Source of the DNA: Candidatus Bathyarchaeota archaeon
GTDB taxonomy: Archaea; Thermoproteota; Bathyarchaeia; 40CM-2-53-6
Assembly: GCA_963726255.1 (NCBI GenBank)
Contig: CAVSBL010000002.1
Coordinates: 832,001-896,000 of the forward strand
Direction of reading: 5' to 3'
Length of the DNA stretch: 64,000 nucleotides
The stretch's first letter is position 1. Every line of letters starts with the position of its first letter. The notes beneath the pieces are model-generated. The model was not told the origin of the DNA, searched no databases, and saw nothing but the letters and a program-made list of their open reading frames with translations. Below are positions 1 through 9,320 of this stretch, one piece after another. The translations under genes and the position numbers were made by a program.

Positions 1-1455
1 ATGCCCCGCGTAGAACAACAACTCTGCTATGTCCCAGGCAAAGTCTCTTCGCTTACCTGCTTGCTCAAGGTCCACCGTGAAAATGTCGCCATCTGAAGCT
101 ACAAAGTTCTCCGGCTTGGAATCTCCGACTGACACTCCAACGCTATGTATTCGGGCTAATGTCTCACCAAGACTCTTAGCGATCCGGGACTCCGACTCGG
201 TCAGTATGGCCTGATTGGCGGCCCGCGTCGCGAAATCACTCAACACAGTACCTGCGACATACTGCTCCACTAAGATTCGCTGCTTCAGGTTTACGTGGAT
301 TATGAGCGGAACCCTCAACCCTTTCTTGGCTAGGTAACGATTAATTCCGTACTCGTTGGTCATCCTCGTCTTTCCCGAGACCGCGAAGATTTTGCTGCCA
401 AACGAAACTAGGTTTAAGGTGAACCACTTGAAGCCGTGCCAGTCCGTAAACTTCTTCGCCACGAACTGCTCTTTGCCTACTGTTACGAGGACAACTTCGT
501 TGAGGACCCCTGCTAACGGAGAGATCGTGATGGGTCGACCGGGTCGCAGCTTTGCGACAATGTCTTCAAACGACGCTGTTTCATTGAAGGTGGCGAGTCC
601 TTCTGATGTTCGGAGGTATAGGTAGTCTTTCGGGTTCACAGGTTTCCTTCCCGCCAACGCGGGGTCCAATCCTGCTCTCAAGGGGTCACTAAGTTCACGT
701 GCAAGCAAGTCAAGACTGAGATAGATCGAACGCCCCTTCGTAAGGTAGGAGTAAAACGCCCTCTGGCTTTGACGGAGGATATTGACTGCCTGTTCCGATG
801 CCCTATCCCTAAGCCATTTGTCGATAGCGCTGTCCTGGAAGGTGACGTATTCGCCTTCAAGCTCAATCACATCGCCCTTCATCTCTAAGATCGCTGCTTT
901 GAAGGAGCCGTGAAGTATCGAAACGTTCTGTTGGCTAACCGAAGCATCCAACAGGCTCAGATAGTCTGCCATGCTTGGCAGAAAAACACGCGCCCGCTTT
1001 CGCATACGCGAAATTCCGAAGAACTCCGGCTTGGCAACTAAACCGCGACACATTTCCCCGTACTCGACCACCAAGTCTCGAGCCTCTTCTTTGACCACAC
1101 GCGTCTTTGCTTGGAGGTTAACCTTCTCTAGGTAATCGCCATTGACTAATGCATGGTTCGGGTACAGGAATTTCTCGGTTAGAAAATCACCGAGTGTTCC
1201 CTTCGTGATATCTGACTCCAGCAAGCCGCGATCCGCGATTAGAAACCTGATTTCATGCCCATCAATAACCCTCAGATGCGCCCGCAAGCCATTCGCGTAA
1301 CTCTCGCATACCGCCAAAAGGTCTTGGCACTTATACGAGCCGGGTTTCGCATATACTGCGGGGCCGTATTCGCACAGTGCCACCCTCTGAGTTGACGGAG
1401 CTAACTCGTCCAGTACGCCTAGAGCGATTTCCTTTAGCTCCGTAGCAGGGGTCAA
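1..1455 (-). CDS. Partial (runs off window) protein with C-terminal Kdo/RIO/Bud32-like kinase domain and an N-terminal domain of uncertain, possibly nucleotidyltransferase-like, fold
   Basis: Not in ORF track. Manual translation from TTG at 1455 (MTPATELKEIAL...) stays open to base 1. Kinase motifs FVAKKF, IHSVGVSVGDSKPENF, TVDLEQ, WDIAELLFY. Confidence 0.75.
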   Translation of the reverse strand, partial: MTPATELKEIALGVLDELAPSTQRVALCEYGPAVYAKPGSYKCQDLLAVCESYANGLRAHLRVIDGHEIRFLIADRGLLESDITKGTLGDFLTEKFLYPNHALVNGDYLEKVNLQAKTRVVKEEARDLVVEYGEMCRGLVAKPEFFGISRMRKRARVFLPSMADYLSLLDASVSQQNVSILHGSFKAAILEMKGDVIELEGEYVTFQDSAIDKWLRDRASEQAVNILRQSQRAFYSYLTKGRSIYLSLDLLARELSDPLRAGLDPALAGRKPVNPKDYLYLRTSEGLATFNETASFEDIVAKLRPGRPITISPLAGVLNEVVLVTVGKEQFVAKKFTDWHGFKWFTLNLVSFGSKIFAVSGKTRMTNEYGINRYLAKKGLRVPLIIHVNLKQRILVEQYVAGTVLSDFATRAANQAILTESESRIAKSLGETLARIHSVGVSVGDSKPENFVASDGDIFTVDLEQAGKRRDFAWDIAELLFYAGH

Positions 1456-1512
1456 TGAATCTCAACCTGAAAATGTCCAAGGGGATGCTATCTTAAACGT
1501 CTTGTAAGTGCT

Positions 1513-2286
1513 CTAAGATAAGTAGACTCTGCAAAAGAGCTCTAAGAGACCAGTTCCATGGAGCCAAACGTCTTTCAACAGCCGCATGATGGGAGTTTTT
1601 TTTCCTTTCTTTTCTGTCCAGTACACTGGAATCTCCTTCACTCTAAACCCCAATCTCTTAGCGAGAACAATCACTTCGGTGTCCCAAAACCATGAGTCAC
1701 TTTTGGCTTCAACTGCCAGTCGTTCGACGAGTTCTCGCGAAAATGACTTGAATCCGCACTGGTGGTCGTGAACTCCCGTCTGGAAAACCATACGCACCCA
1801 CCAGTTATACGCGATAGATGCAGCTTCTCGAAGCCAAGGCCGTGACGTAATCGAATCGGGGATATACCTTGAACCAGTGACCAGGTCAAAGTCTCTTTGT
1901 TGCTCGATCAAGTTCTTGTAGGCGTCGAGCTTCGCGAGGTCTGTCGCCAAATCCACGTCTACGTAGGAATAGATGTCTCCTCGGACTTTCTTCCACGCCT
2001 CCCGCAAGGCCTTTCCTCGACCCAGTCTCCGATCATTTTGGAAGTATGCTACGTTTCCATATTTTTTCTGAAGGCCTACGACTATTTCTGAAGAATTGGA
2101 CCCATCTTCAGCGATCAACAGTGTGAAATCTTTCACAAGTGTTGGGGTGACATCCTCCATAGTCTTGGAAGTCTCCTCGAGGAACTTGGTGTCCTTGTAG
2201 ACAGGAAGCGTGACAATAAGCCGCGAGGGCCGAACCTGCAAGCAGTCTCTGCCTACGCTACCCTGGTATCGAGATGCGGACATCAC
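1513..2286 (-). CDS. Glycosyltransferase family 2, dolichyl-phosphate hexosyltransferase-like
   Basis: AEDGS, GRGKAL, YVDVDL (DxD), GSRY, DHQCGFK, WFWDTE motifs. Confidence 0.9.
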   Translation of the reverse strand: MMSASRYQGSVGRDCLQVRPSRLIVTLPVYKDTKFLEETSKTMEDVTPTLVKDFTLLIAEDGSNSSEIVVGLQKKYGNVAYFQNDRRLGRGKALREAWKKVRGDIYSYVDVDLATDLAKLDAYKNLIEQQRDFDLVTGSRYIPDSITSRPWLREAASIAYNWWVRMVFQTGVHDHQCGFKSFSRELVERLAVEAKSDSWFWDTEVIVLAKRLGFRVKEIPVYWTEKKGKKTPIMRLLKDVWLHGTGLLELFCRVYLS

Positions 2287-3236
2287 GCCGAGAGCTCCCT
2301 GGCGGCTTTGCGGACTGCTGATTCGCTGTTCAATTTAGGTTTCCAACCTAGCCTTTGCAGTTTTCCGATTGAGAGATGCATTTGCTTGACGTCTCCAAGC
2401 CATCCCCTTCCGCCGTCAACGCCCCCAGTGAACTTCATCTCTACCGCACGAATCCCCATTTCTTCAGTGACAATCTCAGCGATGCGTTGTACCTTGACCT
2501 GATCGGCCGAACTTAGGTTGTAAACTTCGACTCGTTGGTGCGAGGGGAAGAAGCGATCACTAATGAAAGTCGTCGCGTCAACGAAATCGTCAACATGTAT
2601 GTAGGACTTCTCTTGGCTCCCATCGCCTAGAATTTCTAGCGTACTCGAATCCACCTTCAATTTCCTTATGAAATCCACTACGACCCCGTGCCGTGCCCGT
2701 GAACCCACGCAGTTGCCAAGGCGCAAGATCAGAGCCCGCATGCCATGCGTGTATGCGTAGGAGCTGAGTAGGACTTCGCAGCCGAGTTTTGAAGCGCCGT
2801 ATGTGGATATGGGCAAGAGCGGGCCGTAGTCCTCTGGGGTGGGTAGCACTGATGCTTCACCATATACGGTGGACGTGGAAGCGAATACGAGATTCTTTGT
2901 TCCTTTGCTCTTGCGCATAGCCTCGAGTAACCTGAAGGTAGCGAAGAGGTTGTCTTGGAAATGGAGGGATGGCTCAGTTTCGCCGACGTTTACTTCGGGG
3001 TTGGCTGCGAAATGGTAGACCAGCTTTACCCCGTCGAAAACTTCGTCCCATCCCTCAAAGTCCTTCAAGTCTGCCTCCACGAAGCTGAATCCGGGTTTGG
3101 TGGAGGCAAGGCGAAGGTTATCCTTGCTGCCGCTGCTGAGGTTATCCAAAACGGCCACCTCATCGCCCCGCGTCGTCAGAGCGTCGACGAGATGGCTTCC
3201 GATGAACCCAGCCCCGCCCGTAACAATAACTTTCAT
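2283..3236 (-). CDS. NAD-dependent nucleotide-sugar epimerase/dehydratase (UDP-glucose 4-epimerase-like)
   Basis: VTGGAGFIGSH Rossmann motif, STSTVYG, YGASK. Start placed at MKVIV; the ORF track extends to 3269. Confidence 0.92.
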   Translation of the reverse strand: MKVIVTGGAGFIGSHLVDALTTRGDEVAVLDNLSSGSKDNLRLASTKPGFSFVEADLKDFEGWDEVFDGVKLVYHFAANPEVNVGETEPSLHFQDNLFATFRLLEAMRKSKGTKNLVFASTSTVYGEASVLPTPEDYGPLLPISTYGASKLGCEVLLSSYAYTHGMRALILRLGNCVGSRARHGVVVDFIRKLKVDSSTLEILGDGSQEKSYIHVDDFVDATTFISDRFFPSHQRVEVYNLSSADQVKVQRIAEIVTEEMGIRAVEMKFTGGVDGGRGWLGDVKQMHLSIGKLQRLGWKPKLNSESAVRKAARELSA

Positions 3237-3316
3237 GAGTCTACGAGGAGCCCCCGCTAGCCATCTCACTGTTGGAACTTAATCGATAAAGGTAGAAGGC
3301 AGCCCTAATCACCGTT

Positions 3317-4078
3317 GTGGAGAGAAGATTAATGCAGGTTAGCAGTCGGAACCGATTGGTTTCGGTAGTTCTCTCAACCTACAACGAACGCGATAACCTG
3401 TCGAGGATGGTGCCGGTTATTGAGGGAATTTTGAAGCGGAATAAGATGAGGGGTGAGATCGTTGTGGTCGATGATAATTCTCCTGATGGCACTTCAGATT
3501 TGGTCAAGGAATTCGGGAAGAGGTATGGCAATGTTCAGTTATTGTGGCGCCCTTCGAAGATGGGACCGGGGTCGGCCCACGCTGACGGATATCGATTCGC
3601 CAAGGGCGATATCATAGTCGGGATGGATACTGACTTCTCTCACAGTCCCTACGACATTCCCCGATTCGTTGCTAAGCTCAATGAGGGCTATGATCTAGTC
3701 GTCGGCTCCCGGTACATTCGGGGCGGCCAGTACGAGGTTCGGTCTTTCCAAACTTTGAGGAAGAGTATAGCGAGCAGGCTCGGAAACATTGTCATATTCC
3801 TCTTCTCAGGCGTACCGTTGCACGACTTCACCACGGCATTGCGAGCGATTCGACGCGAAGTGGTGGATAATGTTAGGACTGAATCAAAAGGGAATTCGTT
3901 TTTTATGGAATTCATCATTAAGGCTTACTGGAAAGGATACAGAACCAGCGAGATCCCGATCGTCTTCAGGGACAGGGTGATTGGGCAATCAAAGCTAAGT
4001 TTGGGTAAACAGTCGTTTAAGATGCTCGCAGACCTGTTTAGGCTTAGCTCCAAACCTAAGCTTTCGTCATCGGCTTAA
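3317..4078 (+). CDS. Polyprenol/dolichol-phosphate mannose synthase-like GT2 (Dpm1-like)
   Basis: TYNE, VDDNSPDGT, MDTDFSH, GSRY, FRDR..G.SKL motifs. Confidence 0.9.
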   Translation: MERRLMQVSSRNRLVSVVLSTYNERDNLSRMVPVIEGILKRNKMRGEIVVVDDNSPDGTSDLVKEFGKRYGNVQLLWRPSKMGPGSAHADGYRFAKGDIIVGMDTDFSHSPYDIPRFVAKLNEGYDLVVGSRYIRGGQYEVRSFQTLRKSIASRLGNIVIFLFSGVPLHDFTTALRAIRREVVDNVRTESKGNSFFMEFIIKAYWKGYRTSEIPIVFRDRVIGQSKLSLGKQSFKMLADLFRLSSKPKLSSSA

Positions 4079-5357
4079 GCAGGCCGGAAATGAAATCCCC
4101 AACAATATAGCCAAGCTTCCATACTGGCGCGGCGAGTCTGGCCGCCGCGCCCTTGAGTCGTTTCTGCAGTTTCGGATTGAAGCTTACGAAATACGCGCTT
4201 AGGAAGATGAGCTGCCGCAGTGCCGCGGACATGTTGATCAAGCCGAAGGGTGTCAGCTGATCCGTTAAATATCCAGGCCAATTCGGGTGGCCTCCCCCGA
4301 TGAAGTAGAATAGTATGATGAACCCGTTCAGGAGGTCCGCAATCCTGTAGAAGAGAAAGTTGAAATCTGGAGTCAGAATCACGATGGGAAAGAGTTGGAT
4401 AAACATCTGAGGGTCGAACAGGTAGATAGCTCCGTACCACGCGTACCAAGAAAGAAGGATTTTTTCAAGCGGTGTTCGCCGGCTAAGTACCGCCCGTATG
4501 ATTAGGTAAATGATGATCGCGAAGCTCAGGATTTGGCCGTACCTGGCGCCGGAGACAATGTCCCCCAGGCCTGCTGTCACGATTACCCATGAAATCCAGG
4601 TGTTTTGAAGCTGATGGTTCGGGCCTGAGTACCCGATGAAGAGCTTAATCCAGAGACCGAAGTTGAGCAGGGCGAAGGGCGCGTTCGCGACGATCCAAAC
4701 CGCTGCCGCGATAGCGGTGAACCTGAGGCGAGCCCTATTGTTCGGTAGCCCAGCGAGCATGGCAGGCAGCATGATGCCTGGAATGAACTTCGTCAGGACC
4801 GACGCGGTCAGAGCTAGGGAACTTGCGTCATACCTCTTGTCAAGGTAAAGCCAGATCGAAAGGGTGACGAAGTAAGCGACTATGAAGTCCCAGTTGTAGA
4901 ACCCGTAGATTACAAATGTCAATGTCGTGAGCATGTAGAGGTAGATGCGCTTTCGATTCAGCCTAAGCTTTCCGCACAGCATGTAGATGTTGAATAATGT
5001 TCCAATCATGAATGGGTACTGTAGAATGGATTCCACTGCGACGAACGTATTGTATTGGTCTGCCATGATCGGCAAGTAGGTCGATATTGCTTGACCGAGC
5101 AGAATGATGGCGCCAATGACCTGTGGGTATTCGAGCTCGTACTGCAGGTAGGGTATCTGCAGGTTGTGGTGTGCTAGGTAGATGTCTCTGATCCAGAGCC
5201 AGCCCACGTCACTGTAGAGGCTAGGCTGCACAAATGGTAGCTTCATAATGGATGAATACGTCCAGAGCGTAGTGGCAACAAGAAAGATTATCCTGAACTC
5301 GGTGTCGCGGTAGGCGAGTTGCCAGAAGCCTAGGAAGCCGTAACTTGTGCGAGCCAT
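4056..5357 (-). CDS. Polytopic membrane GT-C glycosyltransferase (GT87-like)
   Basis: Many TM helices. YSD, PY...EYP, NWD and KFIP motifs typical of GT87-like enzymes. Confidence 0.7.
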   Translation of the reverse strand: MARTSYGFLGFWQLAYRDTEFRIIFLVATTLWTYSSIMKLPFVQPSLYSDVGWLWIRDIYLAHHNLQIPYLQYELEYPQVIGAIILLGQAISTYLPIMADQYNTFVAVESILQYPFMIGTLFNIYMLCGKLRLNRKRIYLYMLTTLTFVIYGFYNWDFIVAYFVTLSIWLYLDKRYDASSLALTASVLTKFIPGIMLPAMLAGLPNNRARLRFTAIAAAVWIVANAPFALLNFGLWIKLFIGYSGPNHQLQNTWISWVIVTAGLGDIVSGARYGQILSFAIIIYLIIRAVLSRRTPLEKILLSWYAWYGAIYLFDPQMFIQLFPIVILTPDFNFLFYRIADLLNGFIILFYFIGGGHPNWPGYLTDQLTPFGLINMSAALRQLIFLSAYFVSFNPKLQKRLKGAAARLAAPVWKLGYIVGDFISGLLKPMTKA

Positions 5358-5404
5358 GACGCCCTCTCACACCCAACTGTCATTAGAAACTTTCTAAGAG
5401 CCAC

Positions 5405-6559
5405 CTAATCTTTCGGTTTCGTGAACGGCGGGGTCTTCTGCGGTCTTACTAACTCAGGCACCTTTCTTGGCGGGCGTATACGAGATTGTCGGAGGTCAGC
5501 TTTCGTTCTTTTGACGCCGGGTTTGGTGGGCTGCTTTCGAGCGTACCCGTCCTCTATGTGCAGAACAAGGAGGAGGTAAATGAAAATCCAGCAGATGAAC
5601 AGAACTTCGCCAATGGATTGATGAAAAGCTTCCACGTCGAGGCTGACGTAGGTTACGTAGAGCACTATCGATGTGATGCGTATCACGTTGACGAAATAGG
5701 TTCCTGCGGCTCCTATGAAGGCGTAGACTAGTTTGCGCCATCTTGGTGCCTCCAGTTTGACCATTAGAACTAGTATGACCAGACTGTAGACAATCATGCT
5801 TACCACCCCAGATGAGGGCCAGAATATGGCAAGGGTCATGGGACCCTTGAAGCCCCACAAGTACAAGCGGTTCCCTTGCAGTAGTACGCTAGGTATTGGT
5901 ATTTGCCCGTGAAGTGGGTCTGGGCGAGTATTGTATCCCATGAGGCCTAGTAAGAAGACCACGACATTCCAGATCAAGTAGACCCAGACTTGTAAGAAGG
6001 CGAGGGAATCTTCGGGGAAGAAGGCGTCCATCATATCAAGTAGGCCGCTTCCCACCACGTAGATGACCGGCGTGGCCATTCGGAGAATTGCTTTCGGAGA
6101 GTACAAGATGGCGGTTGTTGCCACGCAGTACACGGCGTACGTGAGGTAATCCATTGCGAGAAGGAAACTGAGTGGCGATTCTTGTGAAACGCCCAACTGG
6201 CTGGTAACGTAAACTCGGAGGTAGTCTGTTAGACCTACGTTGACGACACGTTCCCAGTAGTAAGCAAGAATTAGAATTAAGAACAGAACCGCTAGGATGT
6301 ATCGCCACCTCGCCCGAGTGGCTTTCAACATTTTTCTGGAGTCGTGCCAATCCCAAGCTACGAGGAAGAATAGGAACACGAAACCGGCCCTGCCAACTTG
6401 GCGACCCCAAAACCACACAAGCGAGAAGGACCCCGGGTCGATCGCAATCAGGAAAATTACAGGAAATACAAGTATTAAGAGTGGAATGGCGTCGCGCGTG
6501 CGGAACTCACGATACACATTTACACAGAATTTCTTGAGCCGTCCGCTTAATGTCGGCAT
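5405..6559 (-). CDS. Archaeosortase/exosortase family, thaumarchaeosortase-like (Ser at the catalytic Cys position)
   Basis: Polytopic. IFWPSSGVVS, VNVIRI (Arg), FHQSIGE (His). Confidence 0.8.
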   Translation of the reverse strand: MPTLSGRLKKFCVNVYREFRTRDAIPLLILVFPVIFLIAIDPGSFSLVWFWGRQVGRAGFVFLFFLVAWDWHDSRKMLKATRARWRYILAVLFLILILAYYWERVVNVGLTDYLRVYVTSQLGVSQESPLSFLLAMDYLTYAVYCVATTAILYSPKAILRMATPVIYVVGSGLLDMMDAFFPEDSLAFLQVWVYLIWNVVVFLLGLMGYNTRPDPLHGQIPIPSVLLQGNRLYLWGFKGPMTLAIFWPSSGVVSMIVYSLVILVLMVKLEAPRWRKLVYAFIGAAGTYFVNVIRITSIVLYVTYVSLDVEAFHQSIGEVLFICWIFIYLLLVLHIEDGYARKQPTKPGVKRTKADLRQSRIRPPRKVPELVRPQKTPPFTKPKD

Positions 6560-6612
6560 TATCCATCAGTTGTCCTTCAATTCAGCCTCTTCGACACAGC
6601 CTTGGCGGACGG

Positions 6613-7224
6613 TTACTTGCCCAGAAGCGCTTCTATCAGCTCTCTCTCATGTCGAGTTCTGTCGATTCGATGGATGTAGTCAATTAGGAAGATTGACATG
6701 AAAAATATCACGACGACCATTTTCGAGGCGAAGACCACGTTGATTGGGGTTGGGTTCACAGAGACAGGGAACGGGTTCACTATGATATCCGGGTTGGCTA
6801 GGCCCTGCACGGCGAGGGCGGCGGACCAAATAACTATCTGGTAGACAATCTCGAAACCACTCCCCATTGCGACGAGCCATGCCCCTATGTATACTGTCCG
6901 AAGCAAACTTGGCCTTGCTCCGAGGAACCTGCGCCTAGTCTGGGGTGAGTACAGGCCGAAGGCGAAGGAGAGGAATAGGGCGAACGTGAAGAACGTAATG
7001 GGTTTCATGTAGAAACCTGGAAGAACTTGAACTTCAATTAAGACAAGACTCTGCCCGGTTATCTGTCCCGTTGGCGCGAGGGTTGCTCCCAGTATCATCG
7101 CCAGCGCTGCCACGCCGAAAGCGATGGATAGAACTGAAAATGAATTGGCTTTGAGTAGGGTTAGGATTTGGGATTTAGTTGGGGCCGCGGCACCCTTCAG
7201 TTCGTGAGGAGATTTCCTATGCAT
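6613..7224 (-). CDS. Hypothetical 4-TM membrane protein
   Basis: Hydrophobic helices; tight spacing within the minus-strand run. Confidence 0.7.
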   Translation of the reverse strand: MHRKSPHELKGAAAPTKSQILTLLKANSFSVLSIAFGVAALAMILGATLAPTGQITGQSLVLIEVQVLPGFYMKPITFFTFALFLSFAFGLYSPQTRRRFLGARPSLLRTVYIGAWLVAMGSGFEIVYQIVIWSAALAVQGLANPDIIVNPFPVSVNPTPINVVFASKMVVVIFFMSIFLIDYIHRIDRTRHERELIEALLGK

Positions 7225-7230
7225 TACCGT

Positions 7231-8094
7231 TCACCTTTTTGACTTGAGCCTTCTATGGACCCTAGCGACTCTTCCTTCTCCTATTCGCATGTGGAAGCTG
7301 ATTGCGGCAGCCGAGATGGCTAGTATAGCCACGCCACTAATGGCTAGAACCGTTAGCTGCTGTGATGAAGATAGACTTTCAGTTTGCAACGGGCCTACAT
7401 CTACGGTCAGTCCTGAGACATAACCAACCCAGTTACCGGGGTGACCCCTCGTTGTTCCCAACAGAAGGATGAAAGACAGCGACTGAGGCTTCTTCCAGCC
7501 CGCTTGATCATATTGCTTGGCGATATCAATTTCCCTTGGTGACCAAGCGTTCAGCGGCGTCTGGGTCAATACAATTCTGTGATGGGGAAATTGGAAGACT
7601 TGACTGGGTTCATCGGCGAATATGAACCACACCAAATTCGTTCCGTCGTTAACCTCGACACCAAACGCGTTCTCAGGGTTGTGGGTCGTGCTGTCGTACG
7701 CATATGTGAAGGTTGGAAAGACCCACATCGAAATCGTGGATCGAAAGAGAGTATCGAGCCCCTGGCCATTCAAATCTTGCCTGACGTGCAGGGTCGTCCA
7801 AACCGAAGTGTTGTTTTGGTTACTCCGCTCTACTCTCAGAGCGATCGAGTCGCGGTTTTGTACATTGAATTGGTAGATACTGACGTTGTCAAAGGCCCCT
7901 TTGATAATGTCAACTTGCCAAACGTATGGTTTGGTAATGTTGTTCGCGGGGTCAAGGGTCCAGAATTTCATGTTTGTGTTCAATAGTGGCGATGGTTGGT
8001 ACACTTGGCCGAAATAGGAAATGAAACTCAGGCTAATGATCAGAATACATACCGATAAAGCAACCACTACCACGGCCGGCCTGATTGCCTTCAT
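7231..8094 (-). CDS. Hypothetical exported beta-rich protein anchored at both termini
   Basis: N-terminal signal/TM, several NxT/S sequons, C-terminal TM plus basic tail. Confidence 0.7.
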   Translation of the reverse strand: MKAIRPAVVVVALSVCILIISLSFISYFGQVYQPSPLLNTNMKFWTLDPANNITKPYVWQVDIIKGAFDNVSIYQFNVQNRDSIALRVERSNQNNTSVWTTLHVRQDLNGQGLDTLFRSTISMWVFPTFTYAYDSTTHNPENAFGVEVNDGTNLVWFIFADEPSQVFQFPHHRIVLTQTPLNAWSPREIDIAKQYDQAGWKKPQSLSFILLLGTTRGHPGNWVGYVSGLTVDVGPLQTESLSSSQQLTVLAISGVAILAISAAAISFHMRIGEGRVARVHRRLKSKR

Positions 8095-9317
8095 CGTCCC
8101 GCCTTCTTATACAGCATAACTACGGACATCACTAGCAAGGGCGTCCAGAAGATGAAGTAGTTCTGTAAACCACGATAGGAGAACCAGAGTACAATTGCTG
8201 GGAAAGCCCAAACAGTTAGGGCGAGCTTTTCGAAGTAAGTGAAGTAGCATACTAGAAGGGCTCCGGCGACTGAGAGCGTTGCGATCAGGTAGAAGGTGGG
8301 GGGCAATGGTACGCCCGCCGCGAGGGTGATAAGAGATAACCCTTGACTCAAGACCACCAGGTTACCGAATGCTGGGGTCACCACCCCCGAATACCAAGCC
8401 CCGAAGTCAGCCAGCATGAAGCCTAGGTTCGGAATTATGAATGATGCTAGCGCGGAAATGGCGAAAGTCCCTGTTCGCTTCACCCGCCCTTTCAACGGCA
8501 AAGTTTGGTTGCTTTGCAGATACCAGACAAGAAGGAAGGGAGCCAATACCCAAGGTGTCTGCTTTATTGCACTAGCCACCCCGAACATGATTCCGGCGGT
8601 TCTAGGCCGGTCAACGTAAACCACCATTAGCACTAAGGGTAGAACCCAGAGAAAATCTGCCACTGATCCTGCGCTGAAGTTTACGGCCAAGTCTGAGCCT
8701 GCGAATAGTGGAATTAGCGCTAGGGGCCGAATCTCCTTCGGCGCCCACAAGTAGACCACGACGATGGACGCTATCTCGAAAATGTAAACGACAACCCTTC
8801 CGTCATGCAGCCCAAGCCAAACTACGGGAAGAAAAAGAAAAACTTGCAGCGCAGGATAGTTTAGCGTGCTAACCAAGCCCCCGTTGGGCGTAAGTGTGAT
8901 GAACTGTGGGTCTACGGAGAACATCGAGAGTGCGGACTGAAGGTCTTGAGTGTACGGGTTCACCCCATGGGAGAGTAGGATGGCCGAGTAATGTGCGAAG
9001 GCAAGCGCGTCAGTTTGGTATGCGCCTGGATATTCTACTTGGGTTATGACATACCAGCTCGCCATCGCCGCAAGAATCAGGGAAATCAAGGCAACGTTTC
9101 GGAGTTTCAGAATTGCATTAGTGTTCAAGGTTGCGAGGATGAAGAGACCAAACGCGGCTACGTAAGTCAAGAGCAGCAATGCCACGACTTCGGGATGTGT
9201 TACTATCCTTCCGCGTATCCAGTTCTGCAGTCCCTCTGCGAATATGAAGCCGGCTGCGAAGAGGAAGCTTATCCTTATGAGGAATTGCTCCTCAAGAACC
9301 AAACTACGCTTTGACAT
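8091..9317 (-). CDS. Polytopic membrane GT-C-like glycosyltransferase
   Basis: QTDA, GVNPY, LNYP and IKQTPW motifs; about 10 TM segments. Confidence 0.65.
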   Translation of the reverse strand: MSKRSLVLEEQFLIRISFLFAAGFIFAEGLQNWIRGRIVTHPEVVALLLLTYVAAFGLFILATLNTNAILKLRNVALISLILAAMASWYVITQVEYPGAYQTDALAFAHYSAILLSHGVNPYTQDLQSALSMFSVDPQFITLTPNGGLVSTLNYPALQVFLFLPVVWLGLHDGRVVVYIFEIASIVVVYLWAPKEIRPLALIPLFAGSDLAVNFSAGSVADFLWVLPLVLMVVYVDRPRTAGIMFGVASAIKQTPWVLAPFLLVWYLQSNQTLPLKGRVKRTGTFAISALASFIIPNLGFMLADFGAWYSGVVTPAFGNLVVLSQGLSLITLAAGVPLPPTFYLIATLSVAGALLVCYFTYFEKLALTVWAFPAIVLWFSYRGLQNYFIFWTPLLVMSVVMLYKKAGR

Positions 9318-9320
9318 AAC

